Below are positions 1-39,030 of a stretch of 64,000 nucleotides of DNA, piece by piece (the stretch's first letter is position 1; the number at the start of each line of letters is the position of its first letter). The position numbers were made by a program, and so were the translations under genes. The notes beneath the pieces are model-generated. The model was not told the DNA's origin and searched no databases. It saw only the letters and a list, made by a program, of their open reading frames with translations. The stretch comes from the human T2T-CHM13v2.0 reference genome, Homo sapiens. Where the stretch lies: NCBI RefSeq assembly GCF_009914755.1, contig NC_060943.1, one strand, 5' to 3'.

Positions 1-106
1 TGCCCTGGCCTGCTGGGCCCCTCCTGGGGTTCATAAGTGAGAATCAAGGTCCCTTTCCAGGCCTGGGGAGCACGCTGTGCAGTGCAGCCGCCCCCTCTGC
101 TGCTCA

Positions 107-497
<391 letters not shown>

Positions 498-1060
498 CTA
501 AGCAGTCTGTCTTTTTCCCTGAGAGGAAGACTGGGGGTGCTGCACTCTCACCTTCTGCAGCCCGGGGAGGCTAAGGCATTCACAGAGGGAGAAGCAGCTC
601 TCCTAGAGAAGGGGAAACTGAGGCCCACATTCTATCCAAGACTCATCTTAACCACTAGGACTTTACTGAGGCAAGCACTTGGGTGGTTGACGCCTCCCAG
701 AAAGAGGAAGCAGGGCACTGAGGTTGGAGCTGGCAGAAGAGTCACCCCCTAGGTGGATGGCGTGGCCTAGCCCATGTCCCCTCCCTGTGTAAGGTTACCA
801 GGTTTTGAGAAGGACACAGAGCCTGTCTCCCGGTCACCTTCACCAAGTCTGCCCTGACTCCCTCTCAGAAGCTCAGAAAGAGGCCACTGGGCTCACATAG
901 AATGTCCAGGCCTGAAATGGAACAGGAGGGACAAGTGATGGGGTTTGGAAGGAAGGGAAGAGAGATAGACTCAGACGACTGTTTGTCTGGAGATTAGGAG
1001 AGGGGAAGGATGGAGGAAGCCTCAGTGGCTTCCAAGGTCCTCTCCACCCACTCCCAGTTC

Positions 1061-1130
1061 CAGAAAGGCAGGCCCTGTGGTTACAGTTCCCCCTGGTCAC
1101 CCATGGAGCCCGTGGTAGCCACCCTACCTT
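1061..1130 (+). repeat. 70-bp direct repeat, copy 1
   Basis: Identical to 1750-1819. Confidence 0.95.
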
Positions 1131-1418
1131 TTGGTTTCTCTGTGGTTGTCAGGACCCCCTACCCTGCCATTCTCTACCAAGCAGCCAGGGGGAGCTTTTA
1201 AACTTGTAACTCCATGTCACTCCCCAACTCCAAATTCTTCCATGGCTCCCTATAGCCCAAGTAGCATGGCCCCTGCCGATGAAGCCTCCTCCCACTCTTC
1301 CCCCAGGGCCATTCCACTCCAACCACACTAAACCTCCTCCATGCTACCCCTACCCCTACCTCCAAGCCTTTACCCCTGCTGTTCTTCTTGGGGCACACTC
1401 TTTTTCTCAAAAAAAAAA

Positions 1419-1712
1419 TTTTTTTTTTTTGAGACAGAGTCTCACTCTGTTGCCCAGGCTAGAGTGCAGTGGTGTGATCTCGGCTCACCACAACCTCTGC
1501 CTCCTGAGTTCAAGCGATTCTCCTGCCTCAGCCTCCTGAGTAGCTGGGATTATAGGTGCCTACCACCACACCTGGCTAATTTTTGTATTTTTAGTAGAGA
1601 TGGGGTTTCACCATGTTGGCCAGGCTGGTCTGGAACTCCTGACTTCAGGTGATTCACCTGCCTAAGCCTAGGAAAGTGCTGGGATTACAGGCATGAGCCA
1701 CCACGCCTGGCC
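1419..1712 (-). mobile_element. Alu
   Basis: poly(T) then gagacagagtctcactctg... full antisense Alu. Confidence 0.95.
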
Positions 1713-1749
1713 TTTCCTCAAATCTTTGAATGACTGTCTCCCCATCTTT

Positions 1750-1819
1750 CAGAAAGGCAGGCCCTGTGGTTACAGTTCCCCCTGGTCACCCATGGAGCCC
1801 GTGGTAGCCACCCTACCTT
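1750..1819 (+). repeat. 70-bp direct repeat, copy 2
   Basis: Identical to 1061-1130. Confidence 0.95.
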
Positions 1820-2539
1820 ATAGAAAGTGACCTTTCTATTTAAAGGTCACTTCCTCAGAGGGGACTCCCCTGACCCCCAGTCTACAATAGCAGCCATCTC
1901 CAAGCCTTTTCTAATCACAGAATCTCGTTTTATTATCTGCACAGCGCTTGCCACTATGGGAAACTATCATGATATCTTTCCTTTTCTGTCTGGCTTCCAC
2001 CTAGACAGTCAATGCCTAAGGCCAGGGAGCAAGTCAGTTATCAGCCCCTACAGGGATGCCTGGCACAAATAAAACACTCAGAAAACGTGTGGAATGGGCA
2101 AATGAATGAATGAATGAATGAATGAACCAATGAACAAAGGAGACCCTAGTGGGTTCCCAAGGGTGGAAACTCCTAAGCTCAGCCCAGACCCAAACAGCAA
2201 CAAAGGAGCCTGGAGACACCTCTGGTCCGCGGGCAGCGCCCCCATCGCCCACCATCAACCAGGCAAAGCCCAGCGTGTCTCCATGGAGATGGCAGCAGGA
2301 CCCGCCCCCGTGCTGGCCCGCACTCTCGGCCTCCTTATCTGGTTTAGGAATGCGCGGTATCCGCGCTCGCTCGCGCGGGAGCCACGCCTCCTCTCCCCCC
2401 CGCCCCCGAGACCGCCACACGCGCGGGGCCCCCACGTCTCCAAGCGGCACTGGAAGGATTCCTCTCCGTCCCGCCAGGGGTCCCGCCTCGAGATTCTGGG
2501 AAGACTGGGGGTGGGGGACCAGATCGCAGCAGCAGCTGC

Positions 2540-2612
2540 ACCGCGAGTTCCGCGCCTGGCCGTGTCGCCCCACGAGGGGGACTGTGGGCTCAGCGCGTGG
2601 GGCCCGGAGCAT
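2540..2612 (+). ncRNA. MIR4322: MIR4322 precursor (mature CTGTGGGCTCAGCGCGTGGGG at 2582-2602), antisense to S1PR2 intron 1
   Basis: Recognised mature/precursor sequence and expected location; biological validity of this miRNA is weak. Confidence 0.7.
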
Positions 2613-3330
2613 CTGACAAGGACAGAGACAGAGGAGGGGGTGGAAATCCCCGGGTGAGTCAACCCGTGCCTGAGAAGGGGGCGAGTTCCGACGCTCCGCC
2701 CGGCTCGGGGCCACGCGAGGTCCGCGCCACGCGCGCCTTCACCCACGACCCATCCCTGAGCCGGAGTTGAAAGAGGAGGCGTCTGAGCCACGCAGTCACT
2801 TTCTCTTTCCTTACAAAACAAAGCCACGCCCCCCGCCGGGGGACCGGAGGAGGCAAACAACTTGGGGAAACCGAGGCAGAAAGCCCGACGTCCGACCGCC
2901 CTCCCCGTGGGTGCCGCCCCTTGGCTTGGAGGCTCCACGGCGCGCACATCCTTTTGCCCTCGCTCAGCCGGAGTCAGCCAGGAGGGGTGTTGCCCCCCCC
3001 CAAACACACTCCCCAAGACCCCGGTCCCCGAGCACGGCGTCCTGCCTCCCAAAGACTCCAGTCGAAAGCGCTCGGATTCAGCCTTCTCCCCGGCGCCAAC
3101 TTCCTGCCGCTGAGAAAGGCGGGGAGCACAGTCTGCGGGTTCGCGGCCGAGGCAGTGGGGGCCGCCCGGATTCTTGGAGAGGGCGCACTGTGACCACCCG
3201 CTCCGTGCAGCAGGAACCCAGGCGGCGCGTGCGCGCCCCAGCCCCCCGATTGGGGCCCCTCAGCTCGGATCCCGAGACCTCAGGGGACCAGGCCCGCCTT
3301 TTCTGCCTCCTTGTCGCCACGCGCGCTCAC

Positions 3331-3445
3331 CTGGCTAGGCCGGCCCGGCTCCCGGCCCTGGCCGGAGGGGCCTTGGCGTCTGCGTCCCCAGGGCGGCCGC
3401 GGCTGGGGCTGGGGTTGCCAGCCGGGCTCGGCTAAGTCCCGGGGC
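3331..3445 (-). other. S1PR2: S1PR2 non-coding exon 1 (5'UTR); CDS lies outside the window to the left; 1-3330 is intron 1
   Basis: Minus-strand donor GCCTAGCCAG|GTGAGC at 3331/3330 inside a CpG island; sequence matches my recollection of the S1PR2 mRNA leader and the expected S1PR2-MRPL4-ICAM1 gene order. TSS end approximate. Confidence 0.8.
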
Positions 3446-3957
3446 TGGGACGAGGGACAGAGGTGGGGGCGGAGAGCCGCCGCCTCTGCCCCCCGCTCGC
3501 CCCGCCCTCCTCTCCTCCCCTTTCCGGCGGCGGCTGCAATGAATTCCAGATGTGACCGGCCGGCTGGCCGGGGCGCACGCGGGGGCCGACAGGAGCTGCA
3601 CGGAGGGCCCTTTGTCCGCCCCCCCCACCCGATCTCTCACTCTGCCCCTCCCAGCCCCCACCCGTGAGAACCGGCCGGCGCGAAACGTCACGCAGCCTGG
3701 TGACGTCACAGTACTCCTGGCCAGGTGGCCTCAACCTGAAACAACTGTCTTCAACCCCAGGTTACCTCTGGGCTTACCCCTGGGACCCTGGACTTGGAAG
3801 AAAACACGAGGTCACATTTATTGACTCAACAAAGAGCCTTGGAAGTACCTACTAGGTGTCAACGCAGCAAATAGGCATTAAGTGCCTACTGTGTGTCCAC
3901 CCAACAAATAAATTCCTACTAAGTGCGATGTCCTGTCCCAAAGACAAAATTGATCTC

Positions 3958-8031
<4,074 letters not shown>

Positions 8032-8855
8032 TGATGGGGCTTTGAAGGGGGGATACAAAGAAAGTCAGAAAGTGACTAGTCAATTCTACACTTTGCCCCT
8101 TTTCCTGAGCTCGATTTCAGGGTCTGCTGGGTTCTGGGCCAGATCTTGGGGCGCACTTGGACCTTGGCAAAACCTCACTGCCTCTTCTACCAAGTGAGAA
8201 GTGTTGCCTGGACACTCTAGAAACCAGGTGTTTAATCCGCAGAGGAGGAAGCACGAAGAAAATTAGGTTTTCTCCTCGTCTGAGAGCTATCAGAGCGGAA
8301 ATCTCAGTCTTGTGTGGGGACCTGAAGGCTGGGGAGGAAGTGACCGCCCTCATATGCCTGGGCTGGCTCAGCAATTTGCAGTCTCTCCTGGGACCTGGGG
8401 GGTTGGGGCAGAGGGGTGATGTCAAGGCTGCAGACATATGTGGCCGTCTGCCAGGGGAACTGTGGCTCCCAGACAAAGGTGATGTCCCCGGGGACACACA
8501 GACACACCGACACGCAACTTCCGCCTCCCTCCCACTTCTGAGGCAACACAATGTCTTCGCCAGGTCAGCCAAGGGAGCGCTACAGAGGACTGGAAAACGC
8601 TGGAGGCCTGGACTTCCTGATGGTCTTGGTGGGGGTCAGGAGGAGAGCTTGGCCTACCCCGGTGGCGGGGGGCGGGGGGCTGAGTGAGAGAACAGTGGAG
8701 GAGGAAGGAAACAGGGCCCTTTTCTTGGAGAACTCCCAGCAGGGGAAATAGAGGAGAAGGAAGAGGCTTGAACTAGCTTCCACTAATTATAGGGTCAGTG
8801 ACAATAATGGCTAACACTCACAGCCACCGACTGTGTGCTAGATGTGGCGCTGTGA

Positions 8856-9852
<997 letters not shown>

Positions 9853-10739
9853 AAGGAGGAAAATTGAGGCATACAGGAGAGGTGAGATTCGAACTAGAGC
9901 CATCCGGCTCCTCTCAATCCAGCAGCCCTGGCTGTCTGTCTTCTTATTCATTCGGAGTCTCCACCCCATTCCTGTGCCACCACCCCCATCTCTGCCCCAG
10001 CAGGTAGGAACAGACAGGCAGTGGTTACCAGCCAGGACTACATTGGTCAACAGTGAGATGTGGAATGTTCTCCATAATCCAGGAGAAGGGACGCCCTCTG
10101 ACCCCCATTCCTACCTTCACCCCGGATATTGTGAACTCCCCCAAATCCAGGAGGCCCAGGCCCTTCACACCAGATCCTGTGGTTGCCCACCATGGCCCTG
10201 AAATCCATGAGACGCAGGCCTGTTCTCCATCCTCCCTGGGCCTCCACTGTCCCCCCACCCCCCTGGCTCTCGTCTCTGGCAGGAGGAACTGCCTGGGAAG
10301 TGTCTGAGATGGATCCCAACTTTCTCATCATCGCCCCAGCGCTGGGGGAAGGGGCCCCAGGCTACAGAGAAGCTTCCCAGATGCTGATCTTGGCAGGCAT
10401 CAGGGAACTGCGGCAGCCTCATCTCCTCCATGGGCTCAGGGCCCACTTTCAGCTTCAGTGACGGGGTGGGGAGGCTCCCACTGGAGGCCAGCCTCTGCCA
10501 CATCTGCACCAGAAGCAGTCTTGGCCCTTCGAGCTGGGGAAGGGGTGGGCTCTCTTCCCGCCAAAAGCAGGATGAACAATTAGGGGAAAGGGGAACCTCA
10601 AAAAGGCTAACTTCTCAGCAAGCCCCTCCCACCCCAGCATGCTCATGACAGCTGACATGTGTATAACGTGCCAGTTACTGCCCTAAGTGTTTTACAAATA
10701 TTGACTCACTCTCAATAGCTCACAGCAGCTCCCTCAGCT

Positions 10740-14662
<3,923 letters not shown>

Positions 14663-15202
14663 CTACCTTCCTCTCGGAAAATCTGCCCCCAGTGCCTCCC
14701 ATTGGCTAAATGTGGCCAGAAGCCAGTTGGCAGGGGAGATGTCCCGTGCAGAGGTCAGCCCCGAGCCATGCAGGGAGAACAGCACAGGGACTAGATGATG
14801 CCAGGGCTCGCAGGCTTAAGCCCTGCAAGAACCATGTGGGTAGGGGCAACTATACCCCCATTTTACAGAGGAGGAAACTGAGGCCTGGAGAGCCAATGTG
14901 ACATGCCCAGGGTCTCAGGCCCTCAAGGAGGTTGGACTCTCTGGTTCTCGCCAACACCTGCCTGGAGGGCTAGTTCTGTGGCTTTTTTTCTACCCTTCAC
15001 GCCTGTCCTGGTTGCTCAGGGAACTGTAGGGAATGAAAATATCCATGCAAATCAGCCCCACTGCGGGGAGGCCCTCCGTGGGAGGCTTTGCCCCCTCACG
15101 GAGCTTGGCAGTTACACACAAGCTGAGCTGAAAACAAACAAACAGCAGATGTTTGGACAGTTGATGGGGGAGGGGCGCTTTAGGCAGCTCTCCCTAGTAT
15201 AG

Positions 15203-23944
<8,742 letters not shown>

Positions 23945-24363
23945 TTAGTTGCTCACTCCAGAACTGCCCACTTATGGGCGGGGGTCACTCCTTCAGGCTT
24001 AACAGTCATTGGCTGAATTGGGCCAGAGAGGTCTCATTGGCTGAATTCCTGCACCGGCTCGTCGGAGGCGGGACCCAAAGTAGGCTAGGCCTACGGAAGC
24101 TGGGTCTTCTTGCTGTGAGGTCGCGTTCCCCAGTGTTACGGAGGGTCCTTGAGGCAGGAGTGAAAATTGGGTCTGGGGGTTAGTCCTGGGGTGGAGGTCT
24201 GGGCACGCCGGGTCGGACCCCCTCCATCTTCGGTTTTGCACACCCCGCTTTCCAGCGCGGAGTCGCGGCGGGTAGGGCGGCGTCGCGTGCGTGACGTCAT
24301 CCAGCGGCGCCTCGCGAGGCTCCAGTGGCCTTGACCTCCCGCGGCGTGGGAGGCTGCGCGGCG

Positions 24364-24420
24364 ATGCTGCAGTTCGTCCGGGCCGGGGCGCGGGCCTGGC
24401 TTCGGCCTACCGGCAGCCAG
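24364..24420 (+). CDS. MRPL4: MRPL4 (mitoribosomal uL4m, 311 aa) coding exon 1
   Basis: MLQFVRAGARAWLRPTGSQ (Arg-rich targeting peptide), donor gtgagg; the 9 exons sum to 936 nt. Confidence 0.96.
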
Positions 24421-24506
24421 GTGAGGCCAGGGGCTGGAGGCGTGGTCGAAGGATGAAATTTGGGGGTGTCCAGGGGTCGTCTCTCACTTTCGCCCAACCC
24501 TTGCAG

Positions 24507-24573
24507 GGCCTGAGTTCCCTGGCGGAAGAGGCAGCGCGTGCGACCGAGAACCCGGAGCAGGTGGCGAGCGAGG
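24507..24573 (+). CDS. MRPL4: MRPL4 coding exon 2
   Basis: GLSSLAEEAARATENPEQVASE; ag/gtaag. Confidence 0.95.
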
Positions 24574-24635
24574 GTAAGGCAACCGGGGTGGCTCCAGGAG
24601 GGGCGGCGACAGAGAGGTCTGACCCTTGACCCTAA

Positions 24636-24812
<177 letters not shown>

Positions 24813-25288
24813 TGAGCGAGGGCTGTAATGGTGAACTGAGTGGCAGAGGGATGAAGAGCGGGATTTCAGGAGTCACGATGACTTTGGGCTTGTACCCTTG
24901 GGAAAGTGCTGTATTTCTACAGCCTCCGTTTCTCCACCTGTCAAAGGGGAATGATGACAGTTTCCCCTGCTGTAGCGCTGTGTGAGATTGAAGCCTGAGA
25001 GGTGACATCATCTAAGGGTTAGGGAGACAGAATTCTGGAGCCCGACTGATTAGGTTCAAATCCTGCCTTCCCCTCTTGTCCCTCAGTGTCCCTATTTTGT
25101 CAGCGGTCGGGAGGTTGCTGTGATGAATAAATGACTTAATTCTGGCACATAATAAGTTCTATAGAAATGTTGATAATCTTTGTTAACTGGTTTTTGCAAA
25201 TAAGAGCACTAAAAAGACTAAACCATTCCTCGGTGCCTGGAAGAGGCTGTTTGCATTTTAGTTACCCTGCTGTTCATAACATCTCTAA

Positions 25289-28570
<3,282 letters not shown>

Positions 28571-28793
28571 ATAGTTCAGAAAATACCGAGCACCCCCTGC
28601 GTGCCCGGTGGCAGGGCCCCTGCCTTTGTGAGGCTGGCATGGGGCAGGAGCTGTGACTTCTTTACCCTCCCCCTCGCTCCCCAAGTACTCTGTGCTTGGC
28701 CAGAGAGAGCCCGTCATCATGGTGCCTCCTGTCTGACTTCCCCGTGGCAGGACTGATCTGCCCGGCTCCCTGACACCTGCCTCGTGGACCTGA

Positions 28794-29222
<429 letters not shown>

Positions 29223-30200
29223 TGACCCACACTTCCCACAGCACCCAGAGAGCTCTTCTAAATCGTGGAACCTGAACTCCGGACCTCGGCCTTTGTGTGG
29301 AACCTGAACTCCTGACCTTGTCATTGTGGGCCCTGGTGGCTGCACACCTTTCCCCCTCATCCCCTCCTTTCCCTCTCTGACCAGGCAGAGATGACTCTCT
29401 CTTGTTTTTTCGGTTGTGTTTGTTTTTAACTTTTTATTTTCTTGAATGCTAACAAGATGACTCAGGGTGGTGCCAGCCACCCCATCACCTGTTTACCTGG
29501 CCAGCTCTCCTCACCTTTCAGGGTTCTGGGCCACACCTCCTCCAGGAAGCCCCCCTTGATCTCCTTTCCTTCCACATCCCCCGGAGCTACCCTGATTTCT
29601 TCTACAGCTGAGCCTCTTTTCTGCCCTGCCGGAATGTGAATGGCATGAGGGCAGGGACCATGTCTGTTGTCTTCTCTGCTGCATTTCCAAGGCCCAGGCG
29701 AGGGCAGACACCAACACATGGTGCTTGCAGGGGTCTCCCTGACTGTTGTTGCTCCCAGATCATACTGCTTGCTCCACCGGAGCATGTGCCTGATGCCTTC
29801 CTCTCCCGCTTGACCTGAAAGTTCGAACCTCCTGATAACTTCAGCATTAACAGCGTGCTTGAGTTAAGTTCACACTCTAGCCACTCTATGGAATCCACAC
29901 CATAACTCATGGTGTCCTATGGGGCAGGAACTGTCCGATCTCAAGGTGGTTTGTTTTTTTTATTGTTTGCTTTTGAGACAAGATCTCGCTCTGTTGCCCA
30001 GGCTGTAGTGCAGTGGTGCAATCATAGCTCACTGCAGCCTTGAGCTCCTGGGCTCAAGTGATCCTCCATCCTCAGCCTCCCAAAATGCTGGTGTGAGCCA
30101 CCTTCGCCAGCCCTGTCTCAGAGTGTGACAGCTGGGAAAACTGAAGCCCAGTGAAGCAAAGTCACTGGTCCCATGTTGTCCCTGATCCAGCCTCCCCTGA

Positions 30201-30845
<645 letters not shown>

Positions 30846-30962
30846 TAGAATCACAGCGGTTCAAATCCGGCATCTGGTCGCTGAGTGGCCTCAGGCAGTG
30901 ACCACGCTCCCGGACCCAACCTTCAGCTTGCCCAAAGCAATAATCTTTCCTAAAGAAGTGCT

Positions 30963-31235
30963 TGGCTGGGGATGGTGGCTCACGCTTGTAATCCCAGTAC
31001 TTTGGGAGGCCAAGGCAGTCTGGGCAATATAGTGAGGCTCCCATCTGTACTAAAAATAAAAAAGTTAGGCGTGGCGATGTGCACCTGTAGTCCCAGCTAC
31101 TCGGGGGCTGAGCCAGGCGGATAGCTTGAGCTCAGGGGGCCAAGGCTGCAGTGAGTCATGATCGCACCACTGCACCCAAACCTGGGGAGAGAGCTAGACT
31201 CTTGTCTCAAAAAAAAAAAAAAAAAAAAAAAAAAA
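30963..31235 (+). mobile_element. Alu (internally deleted) in MRPL4 intron 8
   Basis: Alu start, linker mutated to AAAAATAAAAAAG, long A tail. Confidence 0.9.
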
Positions 31236-31692
31236 GCTCCAAAGTCACCTCTGTCAAAGCCACAGTCTGTTCCTTCCACAGCCACAAGATGGCGACATGA
31301 GCCTAAGTCAAGTCCTGTCCCTCAACCCACGCCCCTCGCTGGCTTCCCCACCTCTCTCAGGATGAAAGCCCAAGTCATCAGGGTGGCACGTCAGGCCCTG
31401 CACGATGTGCCCCGTCACCTCCCTGCCCTCCCGTCATTTGCCCTGGGTCTCCCCCACCAGAATGGGAGCCAGGAGTCCCAGCCAGGCACAGGACCGAGCC
31501 TGGCTCTCGGTCAGCAGGTGATGAGCTGGGAGCAGCTCCTTGGCCAGAGGCTTACAGGCAACAAGCGGCCAGGCAGGGTCTGGCCCCGGGCTGCTGGGCT
31601 CACAAAGTCACACTAGACCACAGTGACGATCTCTGTAAGCACAAAGGGACTCCGATGTGGGTGGGGTGAGGAGAGAGGCAGCCCCGGCCTGA

Positions 31693-31923
<231 letters not shown>

Positions 31924-32132
31924 TGTGAAGCACCTCTTCTGAGCCAGGCCGAGCCCCTGGCCGACTTGGGAGCCTCAGGCCCACGCCCACCCTTCGAGGA
32001 AGGTGTCACCTGGACCCCTTCATTCCACGGAGGAAGCTGAGGCCACAGGGAGCGGCCATCGCCATTGGGAAGGGGCGACTCCACGGAAAGCCCAGACGGG
32101 CTTCTGCATCCATTCCCTCTTTTTGTTTTTAA

Positions 32133-32138
32133 AATAAA
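32133..32138 (+). terminator. MRPL4: MRPL4 poly(A) signal
   Basis: AATAAA ~210 nt after stop, preceded by a T-rich tract. Confidence 0.85.
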
Positions 32139-33068
32139 TTGTATTTTTGAATCAAGGAGGATAAAGATAACTTCTCAGTGTCATTTTTGATAATTGCATT
32201 GAGAACGATGAGCTCCTTCCCAGGTTCTGGGCACTGTTGGGGATCCGCCGTCTCAAGAGGCTCACGGTCTGGTTTAGGGGAACCCCAGGGCTGTTTGTGG
32301 AAATTACAAGAATTCACTTACCCGGTGAGTCAGACTCCAGGAGCTCACAGGTGCGTGGGCGCTGGCACTTCCTAGGAGCTGACTCCTGCCACATCCCTCT
32401 CCTGAGCACTGCTGCCAGCCATTCTCACCCCTGAGAGGGTTTGCAGTCCTGTCTGCGACAGTACTTCATGCAGCCTGAGAGTGTGTGCTTGATTGTACAA
32501 GTAGATGTTGTGTAAACCTGAGTTTTCAGAGTGACTTCCTGTAAGCACAGTCAGAAAAGTAAATGTCTCTCTGTAAGTGAGCAGATAAGCACATGCTTAA
32601 AAACACCAGCTGGGCGTGGTGACTCGCACCTGTAACCCTAGCACTTTGGGAGGTCAAGGTGGAAGGATCGTTTGAGCTCAGAGCTTCCAGACCAGCCTGG
32701 GCAACATGGTGAAACCCCATCTCTGCAAAAAATATAAAAATTAAGTGGGCGTGTTGGCGTCCACCTGTGGTCCCAGCTACTTGGGAGGCTGAGGTGGGAG
32801 GATCACCTGAGCCCAGGAAGCAGAGGTTGCAGTGAGCTGAGACTGAGCCACCACACACCAGCCTGGGTGACAGAGTGAGACACTGTCTTAAAACCCCAAT
32901 ATCCCAATTTTTGAGTTTGCTGAGGTTGCCAGCCAAGTTAATTTTTCTTAACAGCCATAACAGACTATAATATAGACAATGTGATCGATTTATTTAAAGT
33001 CAACCAGCTGGGCGCGGTGGCTCACGCCTATAATCCCAGAATTTTAGGAGGCTGAGCCAGGTGGATCA

Positions 33069-33245
<177 letters not shown>

Positions 33246-33672
33246 CTATAAATAAATAAATAAATAAAGTCAATCAGGACTGCCTTCTGCCTGTGTGGGC
33301 CTGGCCAGGCTAAGCAGCCACACAACCCTCCCTACCTGCTGGGCCACCCCTGGCTGAAAACCTCTCTGGAATGCCTCTCTTGGGATTGCCTTCAGAGATT
33401 GCAACACATTCTCCAAACACCCTCAGTGGACATAGACTTTGATCCTTGAAGCAGCAGATTTGACTAAGTAAAAAAGAAAAAGCTATTAAAACCAGTTGGC
33501 TGGGCGCGGTGGCTCACGCCTGTAATCCCAGCACTTTGGGAGGCCGAGGCAGGCGGATCACGAGGTCAGGAGATCGAGACTATCCTGGCTAACACAGTGA
33601 AACCCCATCTCTACCAAAAATACAAAAAATTAGCCGGGCGTGGTGGTGGGCGCCTGTAGTCCCAGCTACTCA

Positions 33673-33768
<96 letters not shown>

Positions 33769-33967
33769 CTAGACTGTCTCAAAAAAAAAAACAGAGGCGT
33801 GCCAAAGCTCAGCAGAAAATGCCGCCTCATCACTCTTCCTCTTGCCAGTCTTGTGGGGGCACCAAGGCCTAGAGTAACACCCAGCTGTTGGCCTGACAGT
33901 GCCTGGCCCAGCCTGGAGAGTTGCAGCCAGAAGTATAAATGTGGTTCAGTCTGCGTCATACCTGTCA

Positions 33968-34261
<294 letters not shown>

Positions 34262-34483
34262 CTACTCTGGAGGCTGAGGTGGGAGGATCACTTGAGCCCT
34301 AGGGGTAGAGGCTGCAGTGAGCGGAGATCACCCCACTGCAATCCAGCCTGGGCAACAGATCAAGACCCTGTCTCAAAAAAAAAAAAAAGAAAAGAAAACA
34401 AAAGAAAAATATGATACACTGACTAGAATGTGCTTTAAAATAATTGGCATAGTTGGGTATGGTGGCATGCACCTGCAGTCTCA

Positions 34484-34867
<384 letters not shown>

Positions 34868-34892
34868 TTAATTCATTAATTAAATAGGGGGG

Positions 34893-35434
<542 letters not shown>

Positions 35435-35481
35435 TGATCCACCCGCTTTGGCCTCCCAAAGTACTGGGATTACAAGCGTGA

Positions 35482-35676
<195 letters not shown>

Positions 35677-36034
35677 TAGCAGAGATGGGGTTTCACCATG
35701 TTGGTCAGGCTGGTCTCGAACTCCCGACCTCAGGTGATCCACCCACCTCAGCCTCCCAAAGTGCTGAGATTACAGACACGAGCCACTGAGCCTGGCCCTC
35801 TCCTTTTTATTTTTAAAATATATTTTGTGGACGGCAGCAGTGGCTCACACCTGTAATCCCAGCACTTTGGGAGGCCGAGGCGGGTGGATCACAAGGTCAG
35901 GAACTCGAGACCAGCCTGGCCAATATGGTGAAGCCCCATCTCTACTAAAAATATAAAAATTAGCCAGGCATGGCCGGGCGCGGTGGCTCACGCCTGTAAT
36001 CCCAGCACTTTGGGAGGCCGAGGCGGGCGGATCA

Positions 36035-36393
<359 letters not shown>

Positions 36394-36409
36394 CTAAAAA
36401 AAAAAAAAG

Positions 36410-39030
<2,621 letters not shown>

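Larger units (their letters stand above)
1190..2127 (+). mobile_element. L2 LINE 3' fragment, interrupted by an Alu (1419-1712) and a templated insertion
   Basis: L2-type motifs (aggtcacttcctcagag, gcctggcaca...) ending in the characteristic (GAAT)n tail 2102-2127. Confidence 0.6.
2220..3730. promoter_or_regulatory. S1PR2: S1PR2 CpG island/promoter with GC boxes and full CRE
   Basis: Very high GC/CpG; TGACGTCA at 3701-3708 plus half-site at ~3685-3690; many CCGCCC boxes. Confidence 0.8.

Noticed and set aside
2328-2340. 13-mer GGCCTCCTTATCT identical to ICAM4 promoter 59058-59070
   Set aside because: Many chance 13-mer pairs are expected in 64 kb
2034-3824. Long overlapping ORFs (up to 265 aa) on both strands
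   Set aside because: Stop-poor CpG island; low-complexity R/P/G/A with no recognisable homology
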